Source: Candidatus Thorarchaeota archaeon (GTDB lineage: Archaea > Asgardarchaeota > Thorarchaeia > Thorarchaeales > Thorarchaeaceae). From it: a stretch of 45,366 nucleotides of DNA. Below the pieces are notes generated by a model. It ran no database searches. It was not told the DNA's origin and was given only the letters and a program-made list of their open reading frames with translations. Where the stretch lies: assembly GCA_048882325.1 (NCBI GenBank), contig JBHLRS010000025.1:1-45366 (forward strand), given 5' to 3'. The translations under genes were made by a program, and so were the position numbers. This document shows positions 19,201 through 27,894 of this stretch, piece after piece (position 1 is the first letter of the stretch; each line of letters opens with the position of its first letter).

Positions 19201-19795
19201 GAGCGTAAAGTTCAACTTCCTCCAAAGCACGCTCGGTTTCATCCACTGTTGCTTTGAATGCAGGTAGGTTCAGTACTTGGCGGACATAATCCGCAACAAG
19301 GACTGTCATGGCTGCCTCTGTGCCACCAGCCGCGCGTATAGGACCAGCAAGATACAGCGCTAGATATTGGTCATCACCGGATCCTCTAATTCTGACTCTT
19401 GCAATTCCTTCCAGGGGAGCAGCAGTGATACTTTCTGTCAAAATCGAGAGAGCAACCCGAACAGCCTTGTCAGCGGCTTTCTCTGGATCCTCAATCCCGC
19501 CAAGGGTGCCCTCAGCAATCTCCTTAGCTACCGCAAAAGCAACTTCTTCACGGGACTTATCATCTTGAAGTTCACGGATTCGTTTCGCAACACCGACAGG
19601 ACCTTCTAGAGTAGCCTCAACACGAGCTGCAACATCATGTGCAGGTGGAATCTCAACTCTGGTGGTAGGATCAAATCCTTGTAACCGAGCTGCCTCTGCA
19701 ATTGCATATAGTATGTGTATCTCCTCATTTAGCATAGCAAAATATTGCTTGTAGAATATGCTATGTGCGGGAAGGCTCAGTTCGGATTCGGTCAC
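16259..19795 (-). CDS. polC: DNA polymerase II (PolD) large subunit DP2
   Basis: AGPIRAAGGT, GGFRLRYGRSRNTG, IGARMGRPEKA, KRRNCDGDED, C-terminal zinc fingers; no intein. Confidence 0.97.
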   Translation of the reverse strand: MTESELSLPAHSIFYKQYFAMLNEEIHILYAIAEAARLQGFDPTTRVEIPPAHDVAARVEATLEGPVGVAKRIRELQDDKSREEVAFAVAKEIAEGTLGGIEDPEKAADKAVRVALSILTESITAAPLEGIARVRIRGSGDDQYLALYLAGPIRAAGGTEAAMTVLVADYVRQVLNLPAFKATVDETERALEEVELYARNVHLQYPVYPDLVRFAASRLPIMLTGEPTEEFEVSGSRDLDRIETNRVRGGAVLVLNDGVVGRAVKLAKIVSSNEIRGWEWLEELSSRMSKVASRDEEDTTDKQLEPKSDYLADVIGGRPVFSHPSRIGGFRLRYGRSRNTGLAGVGVHPATMYIVEEFLAPGTHIRTERPGKGSIVTPVDSIEGPIVLLKDGSVIRIKETNEARLLEGKIEQILYLGDILVALGEFLENNHPLVPSGYCEEWWSHDLNHAISKIEVAKLKKLLSKSGLTVEDVNRFVVTPLTEIPTASQAVHLSKKLKIPLHPFYLYRWMSLTPEDTIKLREWLLTNHTLKDSTMVLPYNKEYKKMLEKAAIPHTLSANKKKIHLSDDSVSILAQLGRKNAVPKGTTPLDLMNSATSVKLMDKVGFSIGARMGRPEKAEERRMRPPVQTLFPVGRTKGTERRIEEVAKSIEHISTLDSFEDDSVGIEIPEINGVELEMVSRVCPNCGKETFESRCPQCKIHTNVQPWCSNVDCGQPIDPNTGMCPFSHDVNLIRVTKKIPVDISKLINRVKSEVSEFEAHGVRGVLGLTSDYKIPEYLGKGILRAKHDVYCYRDGTARFDATDAPLTHFTPREIGTPVSRLHELGYITDQDGEPLISDDQVVELKVQDIVVSENCAMYLVRVGRFIDDCLEKIYGLDRYYKFDAQEDVVGQLVIGLAPHTSAGIIGRIIGFTNASVCYAHPYWHAAKRRNCDGDEDALILVLDALMNFSKEYLPAGRGGLMDAPLVLSVILNPTEVDDESHNIEVCRRYPAEFYNMVAESRHPKDVEDLVDIIASRLNSAMQYEGFGFTHSTTSFDIGPKNTRYKILGSMDEKLSAQLKLATLISAVDAKDVAERVLSHHFFRDIRGNLRAYSTQKMQCQKCRRVYRRIPLSGSCICGNKLSLTVRQKNISKYLEVTRKIIENHGLDQYLQERLKLITASLDSLFVSEQTTLTDFFEP

Positions 19796-19956
19796 AGCAA
19801 GTCAACCTGCTTCTGACGTGATTGTGTATTTTGTGTTTCGCTTTGACAGCTCAAAAATTCTCCAAGCTCGTGCTTGTTGAGGATATTACTTTAAAGCACC
19901 TGAATATGACCATAAAACAGCCTATGCCACCAAAAAGGCAATGGAAGGTGACTCAC

Positions 19957-22119
19957 TTGCTCACTCTTGAGGAAACAATTGAATTGATTCTGAAACACAG
20001 GTCGGATTATGAACGTAAGGATATATTGTCGATGATTGAGGAGAAACGAAACGAACTCGGTCGAGAAGTGATCAATGATGAATCTGCAGCTATGATTGTT
20101 GCGCGAGAACTTGGAGTTGATCTTCATCAGATGTCACCAAAAGCGCGTCAGAGAATTGGGGACATCACAGAAGCTACTAGAAGCATAGCACTCACTGCCA
20201 AAGTCATCAACATTGGGACAGTACGGACATTCTCCCGAAAAGATGGAGGCGGGGAAGGTAGAGTTGCAAGTATAATGGTTTCAGACGAAACAGGAGGCAT
20301 TAGAGTCGTTCTATGGGATGATCTGACCAATGCTGTTTCTGAGAATATCATATCTATCGGTGATGTTGTACAGTTTCGGGGTGCATATGTTAAGAAGGGA
20401 CTTGGAGATGCATTGGAACTGAACTTGGGTAGGATGGGACAGATTAGAGTACTTGAGGACTATGAAATTGAAGACCTCGGAATAGATTTCACTGAACCCA
20501 CAATGGGAGCGCAAAAGGTTTCGGATCTCAAAGATGGACTCTTCAATATCAGTCTGAAAGTGAAAGTTCAACGAGTTTTTCGTTTATCTACCTTCACCAG
20601 ACAAAGAGATGGTTCCGAAGGGAGAGTTCTGAGTATCGTCGGGGCTGATGAAACCGGGACTGTCAGACTTGTTTTCTGGGATGACAAAGCCACCGAAATG
20701 GAAAATGCTGAAGAGGATGAGGTCATCCAGATTAGTGGTGCTAACACCAGACTGAACCGTGACGGGACTGATGTTGAAGTACATATTGGACGTGCAGCCT
20801 CCATTGAACGTGATCTGAAAGATAAAATCGATGCAGTGGAGCCAGCATCCGGAGAGAAAGCAGAAGCGCTAGGCATGAAACAAATTTCAGATCTGGCTAC
20901 AGGAATGTGGGATGTGGACATTGAAGGGAAGATAGTCACGCTCTTTGATGAGAAGGTGTTCACAACTGAGGATGGACGAGATGGCAAAGTCAGAAACGTC
21001 GTTCTCGCAGACGAATCAGGAACGGTACGCGCTACATTCTGGAATGATGATGTTGATAAAATCAAAGATATCGAAGAAGGGGACATCATCAAAGTCCTTC
21101 ATGGATATGTGAAAGAGGGATTCAGGGGTGGTGTTGAGTTTCAGGTAGGACGCAAGTCCGAGATTCAAATCAATCCAAAGGGTTCAAAACTCAAGAAACT
21201 GGATGTATCGCAGCAAACCATCTCCAGTGGGGGAGATTCAGAACCACTGGGTATGAAAGAGATTGCTGACTTGACCATAGGAATGTGGGATGTAGACATC
21301 GAGGGAAAGGTTGTGACAATCTATGATGTGACCAACTTCACAACCAAAGATGGTCGAGATGGCAAAGTCAGAAACGTCGTTCTCGCAGACGAATCAGGAA
21401 AGACTCGAGTAACTTTCTGGAATGATGATGTCGATAAGATCGATAAAGTCAAAGAAGGAGACATCATCAAAGTCCTTCATGGATATGTGAAAGAGGGATT
21501 CAGGGGTGGGATTGATTTCCAAGTAGGACAAAAATCTGAGATTGATATTAACCCAAAGGGATCAAAATTAGAAGAACTAGACGTGTCTCAGATTTCACTG
21601 CAACCAATGGTGAAAGCATCAAGGATTCTTATTGGGGACATCGATGATAACACCGAAGGCACAAGTGTGGAGATTTGTGGGATTGTTGTAAATCTTGGTA
21701 CGACGAAATCTCCAATTTACCAAGCTTGTCCAAGCTGTAGCAAAAAGCTAGAGGAAACAGAGGATGGCTATATCTGCAAATCTTGCGGAAAAATAGACAA
21801 ACCTGAACCTAGGATGAATTACACAATCACAGTGGATGATGGGTCAGGATCTATTAGAGTCACACTCTTTGGCAAGGTTGGGGAGGAATTGCTTCAGATG
21901 ACAACAGAGGAGGCCAATGAGATAATCAAGAAAACCGGGAGGAGTGAACAGCCCCTTCTTGAGAATGAGGATGTGGTTGTTGGGAGATATATCTCAGTCT
22001 ATGGTCGTGTCAGAAAGTTCAGAGATTCGTTTAGCCTCTCAGCCAGTGGGTTTGAGTTTGCAGACCCCGTAAGGGAGATTAAACGAATAAAAGAAGAGAT
22101 TCAGAAAGAGGTAGGATAG
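19957..22119 (+). CDS. rpa: Replication protein A with multiple OB folds and C-terminal zinc finger
   Basis: Repeated DETG/DESG-x-R-x-x-[LF]W OB motifs, YQACPSC...CKSC, DDGSG; TTG start after GGTGA SD inferred (ORF opens at 19822). Confidence 0.92.
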   Translation: MLTLEETIELILKHRSDYERKDILSMIEEKRNELGREVINDESAAMIVARELGVDLHQMSPKARQRIGDITEATRSIALTAKVINIGTVRTFSRKDGGGEGRVASIMVSDETGGIRVVLWDDLTNAVSENIISIGDVVQFRGAYVKKGLGDALELNLGRMGQIRVLEDYEIEDLGIDFTEPTMGAQKVSDLKDGLFNISLKVKVQRVFRLSTFTRQRDGSEGRVLSIVGADETGTVRLVFWDDKATEMENAEEDEVIQISGANTRLNRDGTDVEVHIGRAASIERDLKDKIDAVEPASGEKAEALGMKQISDLATGMWDVDIEGKIVTLFDEKVFTTEDGRDGKVRNVVLADESGTVRATFWNDDVDKIKDIEEGDIIKVLHGYVKEGFRGGVEFQVGRKSEIQINPKGSKLKKLDVSQQTISSGGDSEPLGMKEIADLTIGMWDVDIEGKVVTIYDVTNFTTKDGRDGKVRNVVLADESGKTRVTFWNDDVDKIDKVKEGDIIKVLHGYVKEGFRGGIDFQVGQKSEIDINPKGSKLEELDVSQISLQPMVKASRILIGDIDDNTEGTSVEICGIVVNLGTTKSPIYQACPSCSKKLEETEDGYICKSCGKIDKPEPRMNYTITVDDGSGSIRVTLFGKVGEELLQMTTEEANEIIKKTGRSEQPLLENEDVVVGRYISVYGRVRKFRDSFSLSASGFEFADPVREIKRIKEEIQKEVG
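20872..21590 (+). repeat. Intragenic tandem duplication of one OB-fold unit (378-nt period) in rpa
   Basis: Identical blocks 20977-21022 = 21355-21400 (46 nt) and 21082-21131 = 21460-21509 (50 nt); outer boundaries approximate. Confidence 0.9.
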
Positions 22120-22128
22120 CACCCTATT

Positions 22129-23370
22129 CTACTTGCTTGCCTCAATGAGTGTTTCAATTCCAGATAGGAATGTGTCCACATCAGAACGGTTGTTGTAGAT
22201 GTAGAAACTGGCTCTTGCAGTACCTTTCTTGGGGTCGATTCCCATTTGATAGTGGAATGGACCGACACAGTGCCAGCCACTGCGAATCATTACATTGAGT
22301 TCGTCATTTAGGAAAGTAGCAACATCATGTGCAGAGGGTACAGTTTCAACATTGAAGGTGACCAGTCCTGTCTTGATATTGATGTCATCAGTTCCTAGAA
22401 TGTGAATCTGATTTATCTCACTAAATCGTTTCAGTACTATTTCAAGCAAAGAACGCTCATGTTTCTCTATCTCGTGCATTCCAATGGAACGAAGATAGTC
22501 TGCTGCGGCACCTGCACCTATCGCACCTGCATAGTTCTGTAGGCCTGCTTCAAACTTTTCAGGAGGTGGAAGGTACTCGGGGAGAATCTTACCGTTCTCG
22601 AAACGAACATCGCTTACCGTATCGCCGCCATAAAGAAACATGTTCATGGACTCGAGGAGATCTAATTTACCATAGAGGACTCCCATTCCAGTAGGACCAC
22701 ACATCTTGTGGGCCGAAATTGCTGAGAAGTCAACATCAAACTTCTGAACATCAAGAGGATGGTGAGGGGCATACTGAGCGTCGTCACTCATGACTAGGGC
22801 ACCTTTGTCATGTGCAATCTCCACTATCTCTTTCATAGGTGCTACTGTACCCGTAACGTTAGAGGAATGAACAACTGAAACCAGACTTGTGTTGTTATCT
22901 ACTGCGTTCTTCCAGTCTTCAATGTCAAAAGTTCCATCTGGTTGTGCCTTGACAATCTCTATCTCTAATTCATCTCTTCTAGCGCGTTCAACAAAGGGGA
23001 GTGAGCCACTATGATGCTCAAGGGAGGTGGTAATAATCTTAGAGCCTTTAGGCAGTTTCATAGAACTGGCAACAATGTTCAATGACTCTGTGGCATTTCT
23101 GGTCCAGATGCATTCCGCTTCTTCAGAAGCATTCAGGAATTTTGCGAACTTGCCTCTGGCGGCAGCATACGCGTTGGATGCCTCTTCTCCAAATCGATGA
23201 ATACTCCGTCCTCCACAGGCTGGATATTGTTCATAGTACTCATTCATTGCACTGATGACCTGTTTAGGCTTGAGAGCCATGCAAGCGCTGTCCAAGTATA
23301 CTACTGGACACCCATCAATTGTTCGTTCCAGAGCTGAGAAATCGCTTCTAATCTTGGTCCAGTCAACCAT
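22129..23370 (-). CDS. sufS: Cysteine desulfurase, SufS-like (class V PLP aminotransferase)
   Basis: VYLDSA, EHH, HSSNVTG, DDAQ, SAHKMCGPTG (PLP Lys), FEAG, IRSGWHC, RASF. Confidence 0.88.
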   Translation of the reverse strand: MVDWTKIRSDFSALERTIDGCPVVYLDSACMALKPKQVISAMNEYYEQYPACGGRSIHRFGEEASNAYAAARGKFAKFLNASEEAECIWTRNATESLNIVASSMKLPKGSKIITTSLEHHSGSLPFVERARRDELEIEIVKAQPDGTFDIEDWKNAVDNNTSLVSVVHSSNVTGTVAPMKEIVEIAHDKGALVMSDDAQYAPHHPLDVQKFDVDFSAISAHKMCGPTGMGVLYGKLDLLESMNMFLYGGDTVSDVRFENGKILPEYLPPPEKFEAGLQNYAGAIGAGAAADYLRSIGMHEIEKHERSLLEIVLKRFSEINQIHILGTDDINIKTGLVTFNVETVPSAHDVATFLNDELNVMIRSGWHCVGPFHYQMGIDPKKGTARASFYIYNNRSDVDTFLSGIETLIEASK

Positions 23371-23375
23371 ACTGA

Positions 23376-23609
23376 TCAATCCTTCACCAGTTGCCACCGG
23401 TAGCCTCCCTTGCCAAACTTCTTTGTGATTAATCCCTTTTCCACCAGCTGATTTGCAGCAACCACAAAGGCATCACCGCCAGCACAATCAACACAAAGAT
23501 CAGCATATTCGTCAGTGGCAGCAATCTCAAGAATCTCTATAGTTGTCAATGAATTCGTGTCTTCAAGGATCTTGAGAACGCACTGAGCGTTTTTTGAGAG
23601 GGAGGACAT
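23376..23609 (-). CDS. Small winged-helix protein with CxxC
   Basis: wHTH-like layout (VLKILE...LTTIEI...NQLVEKGLI...GYRWQL) containing LCVDC; immediately upstream of sufS. Confidence 0.7.
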   Translation of the reverse strand: MSSLSKNAQCVLKILEDTNSLTTIEILEIAATDEYADLCVDCAGGDAFVVAANQLVEKGLITKKFGKGGYRWQLVKD

Positions 23610-23769
23610 CGTTAGCCGTGGCGGAACAATAAGCAATAAGAAACCTTCGTAATAGGCGTGAAGGTCATTCAACAAAACGCTTAAATTAACACCCGAGCCG
23701 GAGAGCCCGCTCTATTTCTTTCGGGGCTACTGCTCTGATGTGTGTGAAATAGGTAAAGGGTGAATCTTC

Positions 23770-24021
23770 ATGGGAAGACGAAGAAGACAAAAAGTACGAC
23801 GGCGACCACAGAAACGCATTCCAGATGTGTATCCTTGTCCAGATTGTGGAAATACTGCGATAAAGATAGAACTGTACCGTGATAATGGAATGGCCACAGT
23901 GAAGTGTGGGTCTTGTGGACTGGAGATGACCGTTGATGAAGTCAACCCTCTGACAGAACCAGTAGACATCTATGGATCTTTCATTGACCGATTTTACGAG
24001 GGTCGAAAGGCTGAAGCTTGA
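23770..24021 (+). CDS. elf1: Transcription elongation factor Elf1
   Basis: MGRRRR basic N-terminus, CPDC...CGSCGL, EPVDIYGSFID. Confidence 0.9.
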   Translation: MGRRRRQKVRRRPQKRIPDVYPCPDCGNTAIKIELYRDNGMATVKCGSCGLEMTVDEVNPLTEPVDIYGSFIDRFYEGRKAEA

Positions 24022-24087
24022 TACAGTACAACCTCTTTCATTCAGCAATTGTTATAAGCGGACTGAGTCCGAGGGCACAAGATTCTG

Positions 24088-24204
24088 ATGCAGAACGTTG
24101 ACACCTTCATTTCAATATTGTATATCCTCCTAGCTGCAATGGGAATCTTAGCACTCTTTCTCACGATGGGCTATATGGTCTATGGCGAGGAGGAAGAGGA
24201 GTAG
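24088..24204 (+). CDS. 38-aa single-pass membrane microprotein (not in ORF track)
   Basis: MQNVDTFISILYILLAAMGILALFLTMGYMVYGEEEEE*; TTATAA box at 24052-24057, 30 nt upstream; fills the intergenic gap. Confidence 0.6.
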   Translation: MQNVDTFISILYILLAAMGILALFLTMGYMVYGEEEEE

Positions 24205-24225
24205 ACACCGGGATGTTGTTCCCGA

Positions 24226-24456
24226 ATGACAGGTTCGATTTTACGCACAGCTTTTGAAAACATAGCACCCCACATTTCCAATCTTGATTCAATGAAGTCA
24301 TTGGTTGATGAGATTGAGAAGAGCACAGACTCGTTGGAGTCAGTCGTTTTTGAGCTGGAGTCGCGACTGGAAGATGCAGAAGTCACCCTCAGAACTGATA
24401 TACGCATCTTGATTAACGAATGTAGGCATTTGGGCCGTGGGAAGAAACCCAAATGA
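24226..24456 (+). CDS. Small helical hypothetical protein
   Basis: 76-aa ORF, amphipathic helices, stop overlaps the lhr start (ATGA). Confidence 0.65.
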   Translation: MTGSILRTAFENIAPHISNLDSMKSLVDEIEKSTDSLESVVFELESRLEDAEVTLRTDIRILINECRHLGRGKKPK

Positions 24457-27293
24457 ATAAGTTTGCGCCCCTCAGTGAGGAAATAGCTAGCTTCCTCAGA
24501 ACCAAAGGTATGACTCAGTTCACTTCGATTCAGGAGAAGGCGGTGCCTCTACTTCATAAGGAAATCAACAATGTTCTTCTTTTGTCACCTACTGGAAGCG
24601 GCAAGACTGAGGCGGCACTATTACCCCTTCTTCATCGTCTACAGAAAATGAAGGAGTCTCGTGAGCTCTTCGGGTTCTATATCCTCTACATTACACCTCT
24701 CAGGGCTTTGAATCGTGATGTGTTCAAGAGAATTGAGGAGTTATGTGAACATCTAGGGCTTAGTGTGGCTGTCCGCCACGGAGATACAACCCAATATGCA
24801 AGAAGAAAACAGGCAATCAAGCCCCCAAACTTGCTCATCACCACGCCTGAATCCCTTCAAGCTATATTACCTGGAAAACGATTAAGATACCATCTGAGGA
24901 CTGTTTTCGCAGTCATCATCGACGAGGTCCATGACCTGGCTGATAGCAAGAGAGGAACACAGCTCAGCTTAGGTCTTGAGAGACTGGATCGACTTGTAGG
25001 AGCCCGTGTGCAGCGTATTGGATTGTCAGCCACAGTTGGGAATCCAAAGGAAGTTGCGTTACTGTTGGGAGGGAGAAGGGTTGCCAAGACAGTATGGGCA
25101 GGATATGAGAAACGAAAACTGGAACTTACTGTCGAGGTGCCTGTGCCAGATGCCAAGCACCATGCATTGTCAAAGAGAATAACATATCCTCCGCATTCTG
25201 TTGCTCGCCTTGAAGCGATTGTTGATCTTATCAACAACCATCAATCAGTTCTAGTTTTTACCAATACTCGCTCATTCTCTGAGGTTTTAGGAGCAAAAAT
25301 GTTGGCTGTATCCCCACCTTATGCATTCGATGTTCATCATGGGTCGCTTTCAAAGACCGCTCGACTTCAAGCAGAGGATAGACTCAAGACTGGAAGTTCA
25401 AAGGCGATAATTGCTACATCAAGTCTTGAGCTTGGAATTGATATTGGACAGGCGGACTTAGTGGTGCAATACTCTTCACCAAGGGAGGTGGCTAGACTGC
25501 TCCAGCGAGTAGGGAGATCGGGTCACGGAGTTGGTAGGTCATCCAAGGGGGTAGTCATAGCTACAGTCAATCTCGATGATATCACTGAGTCTGGAGTCAT
25601 ACTGAGGCGTGCCCGTCAGAATAAGGTAGAGGATGCTAAAATCCCGAAGAAATCATGGGACGTACTGAGCCATCAGATTGCTGGTGTGCTTCTTGATGCC
25701 GATGAGATTGGAAAAGAAGAGCTACACGATCTTGTATCTTCAGCATACCCCTTCTCTCAAATCACCACAGAGGAATTGGACTCTCTCCTGGAGTTTTTAC
25801 AAGGAAGAAAGGCAGTGGAACTCGAGAACGCTCTGGTGAAAAGGGGTTCAAGGACAAGGATGTTCTACTACAATCATTTGAGTACCATTCCTGACGTACG
25901 CCAAGTGAACGCTGTGGACATGACAACCCGTACCTCCATCGGAGTGCTTGATGAAGATTTCGTCCTGTCTAATGTCGAAGCTGGTTCTGTCTTTGTAATA
26001 AGAGGACGGCCTTGGAATGTCGTCAGCGTTGATGAAGATACAGGAGAGGTCATGTGTGTTCCAGCAGGTGGAACTGACTCTGAGGCGCCGCGATGGGTTG
26101 GCGAGATGATTCCTGTCCCCTTTGAGGTTGCTTCTGAGGTGGCAAAGGTATGGAATACTGTTTTGGAAAAAGATCCAAAGGCTGTAGGAAAGTGGTTGAG
26201 AAGAGAGTATGGCATCTCTAGTGATTCTCATGAATACATACTTGATGTATTGAGAGATAGCAAAACAGTCTTGGAGAAACTCCCCACTGAGGATCTTCTG
26301 GTGATTGAGAGTTTTGAGTCAGGACTTGTCCTACATGCACCCTTGGGAACAAAGGCAAATGAAACCCTAGGAATCGTGATTGCATCACTCCTGACCACAC
26401 GGTTTGGCGTGGAAGTGGCTGTTGAGAGAGACCCCTATCGCATTCTATTCACATCCAGCAAGAGAATAGATCCCAAATGGGTCATAGATGTCCTCCGAGA
26501 GTACTCTGGAGAACAGGTGTCAGTCATTCTTCATCTAGCTATGAAACATACTCAGAATTTTGCGTCGCGGTTCATTCATGTGGCTAGGAGAATGGATGTC
26601 GTGAAGAGAGATGCAAAGCAGAAAGAAGTGCCTGTCAAGTATCTCATCAAATCACTGGACGGGTCTCCTGTATTCAATGAAGCAATGAGAGAGGTTCTGG
26701 ATGACAAGATGGATGAGAAGAGAACCATGGATATCTTTGACAGGTATTCAAAAGGTGACCTTGGAGTTCACATTGTTTCTACTGAAGGTCCATCCCCTCT
26801 TGCGCGGCTCATCATCGAAGAGAAGACTCGATTCGAGGTCATGGGAGAGATCACAGAAGAGGCGGAGGTGCTTCGTATGATGGAGGAACGACTATTTTCA
26901 AAGAAGTTTAGATTGATTTGCATGGCAGCTGACCACTGGAACTCTGTCAGGACCCTTTCCACACTTGAGGAAGACATTAGATGTCCGATTTGCGAATCGA
27001 GAATGATTGCTGCAATATCCCCGACTTCGAAAGACTTTCCAAAGGTAGTCGCAAAACGAGTACGTGGCGAAAGACTCACTAGAGGCGAAGAAAAAGAGTA
27101 CAAAGCAGCGTCACTAAGTGCTGAGTTAGTGTCAAGATATGGAAAAACTGCCTTGCTTGTCTTGGCAGGAAGAGGGATTGGAGCAACTACAGCATCGAGA
27201 ATCCTCAGACCAGGATTGAAGGACAGGTTGGAGATTCTCAAGGCCATAGCCAAGGGAGAACTAGAGTATGAACGAACACGGCCGTACTGGTAA
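24453..27293 (+). CDS. lhr: Lhr-family SF2 DEAD/DEAH-box helicase
   Basis: SPTGSGKT, YITPLRALNRD, RHGDT, TTPESL, DEVH, GLSATVGN, LELGIDIG, QRVGRSGH, P.W.GE. Confidence 0.93.
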   Translation: MNKFAPLSEEIASFLRTKGMTQFTSIQEKAVPLLHKEINNVLLLSPTGSGKTEAALLPLLHRLQKMKESRELFGFYILYITPLRALNRDVFKRIEELCEHLGLSVAVRHGDTTQYARRKQAIKPPNLLITTPESLQAILPGKRLRYHLRTVFAVIIDEVHDLADSKRGTQLSLGLERLDRLVGARVQRIGLSATVGNPKEVALLLGGRRVAKTVWAGYEKRKLELTVEVPVPDAKHHALSKRITYPPHSVARLEAIVDLINNHQSVLVFTNTRSFSEVLGAKMLAVSPPYAFDVHHGSLSKTARLQAEDRLKTGSSKAIIATSSLELGIDIGQADLVVQYSSPREVARLLQRVGRSGHGVGRSSKGVVIATVNLDDITESGVILRRARQNKVEDAKIPKKSWDVLSHQIAGVLLDADEIGKEELHDLVSSAYPFSQITTEELDSLLEFLQGRKAVELENALVKRGSRTRMFYYNHLSTIPDVRQVNAVDMTTRTSIGVLDEDFVLSNVEAGSVFVIRGRPWNVVSVDEDTGEVMCVPAGGTDSEAPRWVGEMIPVPFEVASEVAKVWNTVLEKDPKAVGKWLRREYGISSDSHEYILDVLRDSKTVLEKLPTEDLLVIESFESGLVLHAPLGTKANETLGIVIASLLTTRFGVEVAVERDPYRILFTSSKRIDPKWVIDVLREYSGEQVSVILHLAMKHTQNFASRFIHVARRMDVVKRDAKQKEVPVKYLIKSLDGSPVFNEAMREVLDDKMDEKRTMDIFDRYSKGDLGVHIVSTEGPSPLARLIIEEKTRFEVMGEITEEAEVLRMMEERLFSKKFRLICMAADHWNSVRTLSTLEEDIRCPICESRMIAAISPTSKDFPKVVAKRVRGERLTRGEEKEYKAASLSAELVSRYGKTALLVLAGRGIGATTASRILRPGLKDRLEILKAIAKGELEYERTRPYW

Positions 27294-27297
27294 GCCA

Positions 27298-27894
27298 ATG
27301 ATTGTTTTCGCTGGAAGGAGCAATGTTGGCAAGAGTAGCACAATTCGTGCACTCACTGGTAAAAAGGTCAGGGTTGGAAAGAAGCCGGGTAGTACCCGGT
27401 GGGAAGTAATGATTGATTTTGGTCCAATCACAATCGTCGATATTCCCGGGTTTGGTTACATGGCTGGGCAGAGTAAGATCACCATTGAGGAAACAAAGAC
27501 AAACATAGTTCAGAAGTTGGAGTCCTGGAAGGAAGACATTGCACTCGCAATTCTAATCCTCGACATTTCTCTCTTCCGCGAGCTACATGAGAGGTGGTCA
27601 GCCCGTGGAGAAATCCCTATTGATGTAGAGTTCTATAGTTTCCTCTCAGAGATAGCTTCCAACGTGATTGTTGTTGCAAATAAGACTGACAAAGTGAAGA
27701 AACGGGCCCTTCAAGACGAGCTAGGTTTCTTAGAAACTGAGCTAAAGGAAGCTGTTCCAGTCAAAGCACCCATAATTGTACTCACATCAGCTCACAAGAA
27801 ACAAGGAGTATCGAAACTAGTTGCTCTCATTGATGGCATTTTGGATGAACAGGGTCTACAGAGGCCAAAATGGGCGATTACCGAATCTTCTTGA
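27298..27894 (+). CDS. engB: GTP-binding protein EngB/YihA
   Basis: GRSNVGKSS, KPGST, DIPGFG, NKTDK, SA. Confidence 0.9.
   Translation: MIVFAGRSNVGKSSTIRALTGKKVRVGKKPGSTRWEVMIDFGPITIVDIPGFGYMAGQSKITIEETKTNIVQKLESWKEDIALAILILDISLFRELHERWSARGEIPIDVEFYSFLSEIASNVIVVANKTDKVKKRALQDELGFLETELKEAVPVKAPIIVLTSAHKKQGVSKLVALIDGILDEQGLQRPKWAITESS

Noticed and set aside
23690-23730. GC-rich partial hairpin upstream of elf1
   Set aside because: Pairing is weak and ambiguous; no motif
16259-27293. Inteins in DP2 or Lhr
   Set aside because: Lengths are normal and no intein terminal or LAGLIDADG motifs were seen
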